Shown: one piece after another, positions 16,007 to 28,379 of the stretch
How the letters are laid out: every line of letters begins with the position of its first letter
How positions within the stretch are numbered: the stretch's first letter is position 1
Assembly (NCBI GenBank): GCA_002189035.1
Contig: NEEC01000013.1
Coordinates: 1,364,001 to 1,428,000 of the forward strand
DNA from: Utricularia gibba
Taxonomy: Eukaryota > Plantae > Magnoliophyta
Direction of reading: 5' to 3'
DNA length: 64,000 nt
Notes under the pieces: generated by a model
The model's database searches: none
What the model saw: only the letters and a program-made list of their open reading frames with translations
Told to the model about the DNA's origin: nothing
Made by a program: the position numbers and the translations under genes

Positions 16007-17100
16007 CAGTAAAATTCAGGTGGAGAACCCAATTCGGAGAAGGAGATGACGATCGGGATGCCGATGACCCCCTTGAAAGGGTGGGCCTCTCTGGTACGCT
16101 TAAACGGCTGTCGTATGTCCTGATGGATGCTGGTTCTAGGGTGTTGTGTAATTGTGTAAGTTCTGCTGTTCAGAAGATGCGAGGAAGCGAAATAGATGAG
16201 ATTTTCCGGTCTCCAATTCCGATAATCCCTGAGGAGGTGAAGAATACTCGCCTCCAAGGGGCAGGTATTATGTCGATTCAGTTTAAACACATTATAATTT
16301 GAGAGTCGATCTCTTCTTGTGCATCTGTGCCGAATACTTCTAGCATGCGTATTTCAGAAATCTAGGAAGAGAGTCAGCCATGGATATACTCATTTAGGGC
16401 CTAAACTTTGGAAAACTTCCAATATTCTTCATGTTAGTGAAGGTAAAATTGTTCATCAAATGAGTTTGGAGACTTTCCGAGTTGAATCCTTTTGTACAAT
16501 TTTGTGCCAAGCTGTCAGCCGTCCCTTGACTTCTGGGGATGGAGAACATGGTGATTATGGACAGAAAATGTGAATTGGAAAATAATTTTCAGTTCTCATG
16601 TTATCAGAATTAGGTGAAGCGCGAGAGTTGCAAAGAAGATGAACCATTCAAAGTGAAAGGTGTGTGACACAGAAGCTTTTTGTTCACATATTCCTATGTT
16701 TGCGATTATCTCTTACTGCCCATTTGAATGAATTTTGATGCAGAAACTTAAAAAAGAAAACCAATCCGTGTAGAACGCATGCATCATCTCAGTAAACTTA
16801 TCTGACTTTGGATATGCATGATGACAGTAAACTTTGTGCACCATCCTCGCCTGAGAGAAGCTATCTGGAACAAGATCATACTGAATAATGAACCGGGCGA
16901 GTTCGCCTACATCCTATGACCAACATATGATGATGCCCTGGGAAATCGGCATTCCTTAAACTCCACATTCCAAGTATATGCCGGCAGAAAATAACAACGT
17001 TATCAATACGGTATCATATGGAAGTGGAACACCACTTACATCTCCTTCATGCTGAAGCATCTAGTAGCATGTCTTATGAAAAAGGTGCGTTTCTCAGTTA
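16007..17100 (+). pseudogene. Unidentified multi-exon gene remnant divergent from PsaE
   Basis: A series of purine-rich exon-like blocks bounded by AG/GT signals (about 16007, 16174, 16358, 16615, 16744). No splicing path gives a long ORF and I recognise no family. Confidence 0.3.
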
Positions 17101-17187
17101 ACAATGTGTGTTCTAACTTGGAGAAGCTTCCCCTAGACAGGCACATGTAGATGAACTGCCCTCTGTTTGTGAATCACGATGCTCCGG

Positions 17188-17447
17188 TTTATTGGCATTA
17201 AAAAGGTACGTACACTGGCGGCTTTGCTAGCATTACTCTTCTTCACTTTTAGAGAAAATATTATAAATTATATCATATTTATTTCATATTTTTAAATTGA
17301 CTTTTTTTAATTTTAGATATACCAATTTATTTAAAACTACACTTTTTTCTTAATTTATCTAATATCATTTCTAGTTTGATTAATTAAATATTATATAAAA
17401 ATATATATTTCTATATTAATCAAACATACTTTATTGGCATTAAAAAG
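17188..17447. mobile_element. 224-bp AT-rich insert flanked by perfect 18-bp direct repeats
   Basis: tttattggcattaaaaag occurs at 17188-17205 and 17430-17447. Confidence 0.5.
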
Positions 17448-18715
17448 TGAGATGTATAGTATGTAAGATAATTAATTTAGAAAAAAAAAACATTCTATCC
17501 CCTTTACCCATCAGGCATCACTCCAGGAGCAAGAATATTCCTTCATTGAAATCAAATCAGTTTTTCATTAAAAAATTCTTAAAATTCAGCGGGGAATGTG
17601 AGCATTATTTAAGTGAAGTCTGGTCGCTTTTCCTCTTTATTGTGATTCTGGTTTTGGAATGACGGCTCGGGTATTTTTCATGTAAGAAATGAAGCAGTAA
17701 TCATTAGGTGGAACCAAACCATATCGCGTGTATTTTATTTCTACAATAAAAAAAGGGTAAATTGATTTAAAATTGGATAATGTGAATGCAGTGACGTGTC
17801 AGCGTCACGCCTCAATTGGAGGGATGTTGGGTAAGCATTGAATGCCTTAGATTCCATTTCCATGGGGACTCTTGTCCCGGTGTCTATCTTGTCGGCCTGC
17901 CACTCCCAGTTGGGCCCCACATCCCTTTTTTTAATAAATATAAAAAGTAACGTAATGTGTTTTAAACAGATTTTAAATTTGTGTGGTTGAACTTAGTGTT
18001 GTGTTGTGCATCCCCATTCAATTGTTTTAAATAAATTTTATAAAAAATTTTAAAAATTATTTTTTAAATAATATTTTTAAACATATTAATTATATTTAAT
18101 TTTCAATCCTTTTTATTTTATTTTTTTTAGTTTTACTATTTAATTACTAGTTATAATTGATCTTTATTATTTAAAGATCAAATATATTTAATTTATAATT
18201 TGATAAAATTAATTTCGCAACAATGTCGCTTACCCGCATGTTATTGTTTCACGAGCGACGTCGCCGCTCAGGCATGGGTTTGCGGTGGTTGGTGGCGTCG
18301 ACGGTCCCTAAACGATCGTTGATAATATTAAAATCAAATTGGGTAAAAAAATTACCAATTTTGATATTATATATACAGTGTAGACTGTGTTTTATTTGAT
18401 TTTAAAATATTGATAATCTTTAAAATAATGGGTATGTAAACATTGTTTTTGGGAATTATTGAGGCAATTTTCCCAATTTCCATTCCACCCCTACCTTGAG
18501 AAGGTGGCGGTGATGGCAGCCGGTAGGCATGCACTTTCCATACAGTATAATGATGCAATAATAACTATACGTTCTTGAGTTTTTAACAAAATAAACACGC
18601 GACACTGACGATGATGAACTCTGATGAAGGATGATCTTGTGGAACACATTTGGCCTGATTTTGTTACCAGTATATGTATTGGTCATTTACAAATGTGGTC
18701 ATCCTACTATTTTCT

Positions 18716-19239
18716 ATCACACACTTAATAAAAAAATTTTAAAAGTAAAATTATTTTTTAAGTCACAATGTTTAGTTCATTTTTATTTTAGAATCAAACA
18801 TTTTAATTTATGTAGAATTCAATCAAAAAGTTTACCTATGAATTCATTTTATGGTATTTCATCAAAAAACTTATAGGAAACATTGTATCAATTCATTCTC
18901 ATTTCTTTTTTGATTAAATAGTTATATATTTTTTTCAAATAAATCATAAAAAATTTTAAATTATATTACAATTGTGAAAATTCACTTCAAATTTTAAATT
19001 TTTTTATGATTTATTTGAAAAATATATATATATTTATTTAATAAAAAAAAGAAATAAGAACGAATGATATAATGTTTAGTTAGTTTCGATGAATTTTTGG
19101 ACATAATACCATAAAATGAATTCATTGGTAAACTTTTGAATTGGATTTTACACAAATTTAAGTATTCGATAATAAAATGAAAATGAATAAAATATTTTGA
19201 TTCAAAAAGTAATTTTTTTAATTTTTAATTAAGTATGAT
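18716..19239. mobile_element. About 520-bp foldback (long inverted repeat), MITE/foldback-type
   Basis: 18826-18858 matches the reverse complement of 19105-19137 at 32/33 nt; 18931-18952 matches that of 19001-19022 at 22/22 nt. Similarity continues to the outer ends, with a short central loop near 18961-18991. Confidence 0.8.
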
Positions 19240-19559
19240 CATTTTTCTCACATAATTAAAGTGAGATAGCCACACTTCTAATAAACCCGCATTTCATCTC
19301 ATTTTCAAGTTTAAGTTAAGGTGTCCCAAAAAAATCAATATTTTAGTTTTATGAAGGATAATGAAGAGTTATTGTAAAAATCAGACTAATGATGCGAAGG
19401 AGGGATATTATGATGAACAAGAACATGAACTAATGATAGAATTGCGTCAGCACACTTCCCTCACAAGAATAAGAACCCCCTCATTTTCAAAGCTGATCAT
19501 TCCAGTAACTCCTCCTCTTCCCTATGTGGTCGCCTTCCTCTCAACCCCAACATAAATGA

Positions 19560-20260
19560 ATCTGCTCTCACTCTTCTCAGTGTAGACCCTCAGCTGGTAA
19601 GCAGGGAGACAAAGATCAGACACCATGTGTGTGTGGAGCTCCTTCCGATAGGCTCTGGGGTCTGTCACATCCACATCTCGATGCTATCATTAATAATATT
19701 TGGTGTCCTCCCTCTTAGTCCCGGTATCCCATTACTGGCCTACATATCCATCGATATTCATCCCAAAAAATGTAATCTTTTGGGGTTGCAGATCAGATCT
19801 CAAACACTTTGTATCCTTGGCGATGTGGGTTTTGTTTGGCTTCTGGATGGGAACCAGTCACCAGCACCGTTTCGAACCTAGCAGCTGTAGCAGACAACTG
19901 CGATCTCATCATGCACATGATGCAGTAATCCCCTTTGCTCTGAAATCCTTGCTCTCATTTGGGCATAGGAACACTGACTTGGATGAGCTCACCAGATGCA
20001 GGAACTGCTACTGCTAGTAGTAATAAGTGTGTGTTGGCCAGGACTGGACTTCATTTCATCTGTTTTGGATGATGTAGGGGAAGAAATAACTGCAAAAATG
20101 GTCTGAAATCAATGATTTCCGGCACCATATTGCTGCATCATTAGGCGGCATTGCTGATGAGGGCTCATCAATGCCATGGAATTGATTGCAGCCGTTAAGA
20201 ACATGGGGTGAGGGCCATAACATGATCCCACACCAACACACATGTGTTCCGGTCTAACAC
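19560..20260 (+). pseudogene. GC-balanced unexplained segment, possible decayed gene (very tentatively alpha/beta-hydrolase-like)
   Basis: Peptide fragments in shifting frames (LLVPVSHYWPTYP; DEGSSMPW; GEGHNMIP) loosely recall plant alpha/beta-hydrolase motifs. Many stops. Confidence 0.2.
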
Positions 20261-22610
20261 CGGTTCCCTTCTCGAAACCTCTTTAACTATTCCACTGTCT
20301 CTGTAAAAAGAATAGGAAGAGCCTTGGAGAACCGGTTCACAGTTTGAACGAGTCATTTTGGGATGCCACGTGGCATTCCTTGGAATAAATGACCAAAAAA
20401 CATGAAAATTTCTAAGATGATGTTCTAATATATTTTTCAATTTTCATTTTTCTTCTTCTTACCATGTGAAGTAATAAATATTTCATTCTTTTTCTCATTA
20501 GAGTAAATAAAATACAAGTATAACAAGTTCTGTTTGAGAAAGAGAATGTAAATGATATTTTTGTTCTAATAACACAATGTATTTTTCAAATATGCATAAC
20601 GATATATTGTAATAGAACTTTAATGTTCTTTAGTGAATTAAGAAAACTATGAATAAAAAGATAAATTTATTTATTATTTTTAGGAATAAGTCAAAATAAT
20701 AATATACAAATCGATATCGATCCCATTTGGATGATAAGGAATGGATAAAGAAGGAGAAATACAAATTTTAAAATAAATAAAAAATAGAAGTATTTATTGT
20801 AATGATGAAAATCACATTACTATGATTGTGTAAGTATAGTTAACTCAAAAAAGTCATGTAAAATAACTTTGAAGAGTCTGCAGAAGATGGGAAATTATGT
20901 AATTTAACGTTAATAATGGGGTGAAATTGGATATAACTGAAAGATGGAGGACCTTTCTTGCAAATATATGTCGTTTTCATTCTGTGCTGCTATAGTGCAA
21001 TTGATGCGTCTTCTTCTTGTTCTTGTTCTTCTTCTTCTTCTTATGTGGTGTTGAGCCCATACATATGCGGAACTAAAAACAGATACTACGGTACAATAGG
21101 TGATCGAAGGCATGCTATCCGCCGGCGAAATCCGGCTGCATTGTCATCGGAAACTTCATTCCATTGTTTTTTTCTGTGGCGTCAAATTCTAGGAAGCTGG
21201 CGTTGACGGGTTGCTATTCGTGGATTTTGAAACCTTCTGAGCCTCTACTGTGGTTTTCTATTTCGCTCTTGCGTCTGCTGCTATAGAAAGCGACTAGTGG
21301 AATGAATCAAATCTGGTATGGATTTCTTTTTGTTCTCTTGCGGATGCAACGTTTCTTTCATGAATCCTTGCAATTCTCTTGAGTTTTGAATTTTAAGATG
21401 GAATGCATTTGATTGACAACGTACGATCTGCCTTTTTTGTTTTAATGGTGGTAAAAATGAATCGAATCTTTGTAGTGTTTCCGCACTCTTTTATCTTGAT
21501 CCCCCGTGGTTGCAGCAGCTTTATACAGAATGATTTTTAAATAAAAGTCTTCTCTTTTTGTCCGTTTCTCAGTTATGCTTTGTTTTGGTTTTATGGTGCT
21601 TTCTTCATTCCAACATGTGCATCTCATGATTTCACACCTGATAATCAATATGTCGTTCTCTGCTTCGCCTGTAATCAGAATCGAGCCGTAGCCATTTCGA
21701 TTTTTTTTTCCATTGAGATTGATATTTTATCTGCAGAATGTGTGTAATTCAGGATGAGTTCGTTGGCGCGTTTAAGTTGCAGTAGCTGTACAGTGATTTT
21801 TTAGGTCTCAGGGCTGGGATCACAAGTCTCTGTTTTTCTTCTGTGTTCACTTTCTCCTTTTCCCTTCGACAATTTCACAAAGTTCGAGAGGAGTTGTAGT
21901 ATTCGTTTTTGAAATATCATGCTCAGCTTCGCTGCTTATTCTTCAATTCAGTTTCTTTTGCATCAAGTATGCTATAAAGTCGTAAAAAAGGTACTTATGC
22001 ACTTGGATGCAAGTATTTTTGGTGTTTGGGAGCTTGGAAATCATCACCAGTTCAAAAATATGGATGTCTTATTTGCTTGCAGTGCTAGAATTGTATGGCT
22101 TTTCAAATTTTTCGCTTCACGTGTTTTACATTGGATACATGCCTTTAGGAGTCGAGAATAAGCTGCATTTTCAAGGTAGAGAATGTTGGAAAGGTTGTCC
22201 TTGGTTCTTCGGAAGAATTGTAAATCTTTTCGAAACTATAGTGGTATTTTCAAACTAGAGTATCTGGAAAATGGCTCTTTTTCTGATAGGCAGCAATTTG
22301 GTGGTATTATTTCTGTTATGGTCTAGTGTTTTGGGTGCATTATATTTTCCTGGTGGGTGCTTTTGCTGTGCTCATGTAATTTGCTTTTAGTTGTGTACTG
22401 CACAAATAATTGTTCAAGATGGAAATGGGAGTGTGCTTTCCCGTTTGCTCGTGTTAAATGAAACTTCTGTTATTGAATATAGAACTTCCTTTTCTTCTTT
22501 CGGTGCACTCTCTGCGATTATATTCCATGCTTGTTGTTAGCAAGATTTCTGAGTGAAAAATGGCATTCACAGGTTCCAGTGTATGAAGGAGTCGGTCATA
22601 TTTATTATAT

Positions 22611-25555
22611 ATGATTCCGTCAGTTGATCAAGTAGAAGGGAGAGAGGTATAATTTCAAAACTAACGCAATTGTAGGCTTTAAAACTTTTATATCTAGTTG
22701 TCCTCTCCTGATGCTGCAATTTGTTTCTAATCCTTCATGAATCATGCAGATGGCATCTGAGTGCAAGAGAACCATCCAAAATCATAAATCTGATGGAATT
22801 CCCATGAAGATGCTTATTGCACAAGAGATTTCCAAAGAAGAGAACTCTGGGAACAGTTCACCTAATTTAATTGCGAAGTTGATGGGGCTAGATAACCTTC
22901 GAGACCCACAATCTGGCTCAGTGAACCAAATATACCTCTCAGGTCACCAAAGATGTCATTCGGAAATATCTATGAGTAACTGGGAACAACAAAATTGTAT
23001 TCTTGATGGTGTAGAGACTCATGGTTATGCAGATGTTAATGAAATAAGGAGTAAGCCCCTGAAGCCCAACCAAAGGGATAGGTTTATTGAGGCTGCCAAG
23101 TATCGGCAGATGGCAGAAGCAAAGAGATTGTTGATGGATGAGAATCTTCGGCAATCTAAGCAGTTCCAAGATGCTTCGGATGTTTTGGGTTCCGACAAGG
23201 AATTATTTCTCATGTGTTTGCAAGAACCAAAGTCTGTGTTTTCTCAACTACGTTACAAGCTGCAGTCTATTCCTCCTCCTGGACAAATAAACCGTATAAC
23301 TGTTCTGAAACCTTCAAAAGCTCCAGTAAGTAGTAACGTTGCTGTGGTTGGGGCTGAAAATGGTAAACAAGTTGACAAGGGTAGTTTTATTCAGTTGAAC
23401 TCTCTTGAAGGAGGATATTCTCCTCCAGTTTGCATGAATTACGATAGTCCAGCTCAACCAACCAGAATAGTTGTCCTAAAGCCAAGCAATGAAAAAATGC
23501 ATGCAGATGAAGCCGTTGGATTCCTTGAATCTGAAGTTTCTGGAAGACCTAGTCAACTCCTGTCTGGGAGTACCGAACACAGTGGGAGCTTGGAATCTAG
23601 GAAAGTTGCAAAAGCAATAACGGAGCAGATGCGCAAAAGACTAGTTAGATATTACAGGGATGAGACAATGGTTTCTTCTGCATTTTCCAATGGCTGTGTA
23701 GCTGAAAGCAGCTCATTTAATAAATCCGAATTTGGAGTTCCATCTGGCAATCTCAGTGATTTAGAAGTCATGTCACCTGCATCAAGACACTCTTGGGATC
23801 ATGTAAATAGGATTGGGACTCCATCCTCGTCCTCCCCGTATAGTGGGATATCTTACTCTCCTGAGTCTTCTGTTTTTAAAGAAGCAAAAAAACGTCTGTC
23901 TGAAAGATGGGCCAAGATGGCATCTAATGGAAGCTTCCAAGATCAACGGTTGGTTCAGAAGACTGCCAGTACGTTGGGTGAAATGCTTTCCTTTTCTGAG
24001 GCCAAGAGGATTGTAGTGCCTGGTGAAGAGGACAATTCTGGTGAACCAAAAGATCTGAGATCTCTGTTTCTCAGTGACTCTAGAACTGATGACAACTTAG
24101 GTTGCTCACCACGTAGCCTACTCCGATCGAAGTCGGTTCCCTTACTGTCTACTCCTTGTGAGACAAAGGTGAATCTTGACGACAGTCCCGTTTCATATAA
24201 GGGCAAGCCAAGCTTTCCAGAGATCTCAAGAACATTGAGCGGTGGTATATCATCAATTCGTGGGAAAGTCTCAAGTTTGCTTTTCTCTAGGAACCAAAAG
24301 AGCAACAGCAAAGATAAAACTGCTGCTTTGGAAGTTTCAAGAGATGCAAATCGGAGATGCGTTAAACAAGGTCCTGGCAATGTGAGACCTTCTGATTGTA
24401 GGCAATCAAGTGTGACAACTTCTTCCGAGGCATTTCAAAAGTCGAACGTATCATCTCATGAGGTACTTTATGAATGCTTGTCTACTGTTATTTCTCATCC
24501 GATGTCACTTCTATCTCATATTTTGCGTTGCACCCACATTACTTCAATCTTCTTTGTTAATGGAGAAAAACCTCAGAAATCCCATGACCCTTTCCTACTG
24601 TTGCAGCCTGAAGCATCAGTCTCGAGGCATAATCCATCTGGTAGACTCTGTAAAAATCAGGACTTGGAAAGTCCAGTATCCGTGTTGGATGCCTTATCTG
24701 AAGAGTCTGAGGAGACTCCAAGTATCCCTGGTCAGCTCAAGTTGGAAACACAAGGTATGCGTTGTTGCGTCAAGTTCAGCACTTTCTTCATTTCTCCCTT
24801 ATTCATTACCCCCCGCCACGGTTTCAGGATCTGACCTGAGTTTGAGTTCCACCGCCTCCAATCTGATTGACAAGTCGCCACCTATAGGCTCCATCTCCCG
24901 CACCATATCGTGGGACGATGCATACATTGAGACGTCATCAACATGCCCCATAATGGAGTCCATAAGCATCGTAGGAAGAGGCAATGCAGAGGAGGAATGG
25001 TCTTTCCTCCTCACGACACTATTAACCATGACTGATCTTCATGGAGAAGTGCAGTCAAGCTTACTTCTGGGCAAATGGCATTCACCTGAAAGCCCACTAG
25101 ATCCATCACTACGAGACAAGTACATCGACTTAAATGATACGGGTATGCTGCACGAGGCGAAGCTGCGGCAAAAGTGGTCAATGCAGATGCTTGTGTTTGA
25201 TTGGGTGAATGCAGCATTACTAGAAATTGCAGGATACGCATCCGGCTCCGGCCAAAGAGCCATCCCATCCATTTGTCCAAAGAAGAGAATCCCGGATGAA
25301 GAACTCTGCAGTGCACCAGATGATGTGTTCGATTGGATACACACACTATTCAGCAGTGACATCAAGTGCTTCTGGGATGAACTCGGCCATGGAGGCACTG
25401 CTGCTGTGGTGAGGAAGGAGGTGGTGGGCAATGGTTGGAGTGAGAAGCTGAGACTAGAGATGGATTACCTGGAAATGGAGATTGGAGGGAGGTTGATGGA
25501 GGAGATGGTCCAGGAGATGGTAATGGAACTCACAGGTAAAGAAGCAAAGCCATGA
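22611..25555 (+). CDS. TRM: TON1-recruiting motif (TRM / LONGIFOLIA-like, DUF3741-DUF4378) protein; exons 22611-22646, 22750-24462, 24607-24753, 24828-25555; upstream exons look decayed
   Basis: PMKMLIAQEISKE, NLIAKLMGLD (VARLMGL-type), PTRIVVLKP, EAKKRLSERW, SPVSVLD, SNLIDKSPPIGSISRTISWDD, C-terminal LVFDWVNAAL..VRKEVVG..W. The start codon is uncertain. Confidence 0.85.
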
Positions 25556-25736
25556 ATGATGAATCTTGTCATCATCATCTTGATGAGGTCTAGTAGTTTT
25601 TGTGCTTCATGAGGGCCTTCTCATTGATTGAGAGTATTTGAAGCAGCTTATGCTGTACGGATGTGCCTTTTGCTTGCCGCGTTTGTGGTCGTCTTCGTTA
25701 TACACGGCGCAACATAAAATGCGGAGGGCATATTAA

Positions 25737-25825
25737 TGGGCCTCTAGTTAATGGGCTAGATTAAATTGGGCCTGTTGCCTTTGTAGCAATTGGATCACAG
25801 ACCCTATATGCATTTTGGGCCCAAA
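25737..25825. promoter_or_regulatory. Cluster of four site II (TGGGCY) motifs with no recognisable downstream gene
   Basis: TGGGCC 25737, TGGGCT 25752, TGGGCC 25767, TTTGGGCCCAAA 25814-25825; followed by a CT-rich leader and CAG|GT at 25909/25910. Confidence 0.5.
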
Positions 25826-27426
25826 GAATAAGTCCCGCCTTCCTCGAGTCGCGGAAACGGATCGAGATACACAAGACCTTCTTCCTTCATGGCTGGGCAA
25901 AATTTTCAGGTTTCTCTCCTGTTTCCTCTTCACAAATACGGTAGTTTTTGTTCCTGGTATGGTATACAGAATTTGCCTCTATCAACTCAGCTGAAGTAGT
26001 TTCCGATTTTCCCCTGATCCTGATCCGCATGGGCGAATTTCTCTATGAGGCACAAAGTCTAGAGCTTTTCCAGTTGGAATGAGGAGGGTGGTTCCCCAAC
26101 TGTACTGGGAAGCCGTGGTGGATTGAATTTTTCATGCCCATGCTGTGGTGTGTTGTTGGGTTGTTATTATTATTAGGGTTTCTGTCAGTGGATAGATAAA
26201 TGGTCATGCCGTCCATCCATCCTATCTATCATCACTGACTCCATGAGTGGCCCGCTGCTGCAGCATCATATACAGCAGCACTGGGATAATGAAGAGATGG
26301 GCCATCGGCAGCAGCCTCAAGCTGAGAATCTTGGATCCTCCCACTGCTCTACGGTGTCTGTCCGTGCATGAAATGCATTGGTTTGAATTCGAAATGCTGC
26401 AATTTGAATTGGTGCTTTTGGTTGCAAGCATTGATTGAGGTTGCGGATGCAGCTGGAGGGGTTGGTTCATGTGCAGGCAGGGTGCAGAGCAGTGCAGTTA
26501 ATGGGCAACCAGCCCAGCCAGCTGCCTTGAGGAGGGGAGTTACCACTCCACTCCGACTCTCTGGAGATGTCAGCAGTCCATGAGGACCACCACCACATCT
26601 CCCCGCTACTGCTTTGCTTTGGTGTCCCTCCCAGAAGATTTATATTTGATCTCCCAGTCCCAATTGCACACAACAGCTGGGTGCCACCCTGCCCCAAACT
26701 AAATGGACTGTCCTTCCTCCTCTTGCTGCTTGTCTCGCAACGATGGAGAGGCTGAAGATCTCCTCCTTTTGGCGTTACATGCTTTCCAGTTTTTGCATTT
26801 TGTTCTTAAAAGAGTATAAGTTTATAATGAATTTTATTTTTTTAAAAAAATATAAAGATTCATATACTATCTAACTAGAGATTGTTATTCAAGGTAATAT
26901 TTGGCAAGGGATGTGAGTAAGGTATTTCACATTCGTCAAGAATATGGAAAAAATGGTTTAAATAAAGATATTTTTGTAATATAGTACGAGGGATTTTATT
27001 CCATTTCAAGGTAATCTTTGGGTATATTCCACATTAATTACGTATGATTGTAGACAGATTTTCATAATCTTGTGGTAGTAACTTTACTCAATAATGAAAT
27101 AACCTAAAATTATGAGTTTAAGATATTTTAATTGTGTATAAATTTATTTATTGGTGATTAACATTTTTTGGGAAGAGTCTTTTATTCTAACAAAATGGAT
27201 GTTATTCCAACAAAACATGACAAACTTAGAATTTCTAAGTGAATGTATTTTTTGGATGTTAATGGAATTTTAATATTTTTTTATTTATAAATAACCGGAG
27301 GCGACTACATGACACACAACAAACCGAAGCATTCTTCTTGGACTACAACACGGGGTGCTACTTCAGTAAAACCAGGCACACGAAGGACACACTAAGAAAA
27401 AGCGATCGCCAGGCCACGCCGGCCTC

Positions 27427-27804
27427 TCATGGAGACGGCACTGGCAGAGAACTGCCGGTGGCAGGCAGACCGCCGCCCAGCGGAAAACCGGTAGGGAGGT
27501 TCCCAATGGACGTGAAACGGCCCGGGGTGGAACCGAAACCAGCGAATCCACCCTGGGGGCCTGTGCCGGCATACCCACCAACGCCATTGAAGTTGCCATT
27601 CCCGGTGTTGGATCCCATTCCGGCGCCGAACCCGCCGAACGGGATGCCGTTGTCACCGACGCCGCTCATGCCCCCAATGCCACCCAGGTAAACAACGTTC
27701 TTCTGAGCTTCCAGTGCTTCCCCCGGCAGAACCCTGGCGGCGTCGCCGAGAGTGGCGGCCGCCACGAAAGCGAAAGCAAGAAGATAGCAGACGGCTTTTC
27801 CCAT
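27427..27804 (-). CDS. Secreted glycine-rich cell-wall protein, 125 aa, single exon
   Basis: Signal peptide MGKAVCYLLAFAFVAAATLGDAAR, then QKNVVYLGGIGGMSGVGDNGIPFGG, a Gly-rich body and a Pro-rich end. Confidence 0.8.
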   Translation of the reverse strand: MGKAVCYLLAFAFVAAATLGDAARVLPGEALEAQKNVVYLGGIGGMSGVGDNGIPFGGFGAGMGSNTGNGNFNGVGGYAGTGPQGGFAGFGSTPGRFTSIGNLPTGFPLGGGLPATGSSLPVPSP

Positions 27805-28379
27805 CAGAGAATCCGGTGTTGCAGTGAGTGAGTGAGGAAAACAACGTATATCAGGGGGAGTTAAATAGAGGGGAAGGGAAGAGCAGATGGAAGAATTGAA
27901 TGGGTCCGAAGAATTCAATTCAATTCAAAGCCAGCTGATTGGATTCAATTGGCTATGGGGAAACACATTCATAACAACGATTTTACTCCAACTGCAATAC
28001 CAGAAAGAAATGAAGGCGTCGTCAGCTTTCTTTTCTCTCTTTTTTTTTTCACGTAGTCCCCCAGAGCTGCGCTGTCTGCCGTTCATTTTAACCTATGTGA
28101 CAGACAGACAGGGAATCCAATACTGCAAAGTAGATTCTTCTGGATGCTGTAGCTCCGTACCCACATCATTACCAAGTCACTCCCCGCGGATCGTTTTTAC
28201 AAGGTTTTAGTGTGTTTTTCTCGTAATAAGACATGTCTGTGTTATTGTAATTAAAAATAAGAATAAGAGTGCCCGTGGCGCTGGTCGGTTTCCGGTGGGC
28301 CCCACACCCCAAACTAACATTCAATGTGTCCCGCGCCACGGAGACACATTGAATTGTGTGCAGTGCGAGATAAAATTGC

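Noticed and set aside
19560-19660. miR156-like and miR159/319-like words (ctgctctcactcttct; ggagctcctt)
   Set aside because: No complementary arm or mature miRNA sequence nearby.
19819-19832. snRNA USE-like CCCACATCG on the minus strand (similar word near 17915)
   Set aside because: No TATA at the required spacing and no snRNA body downstream.
26476-26497. miR408 target-mimic-like site GGCAGGGTGCAGAGCAGTGCAG
   Set aside because: Needs a 1-nt bulge plus about four mismatches, which is not a canonical target or mimic geometry.
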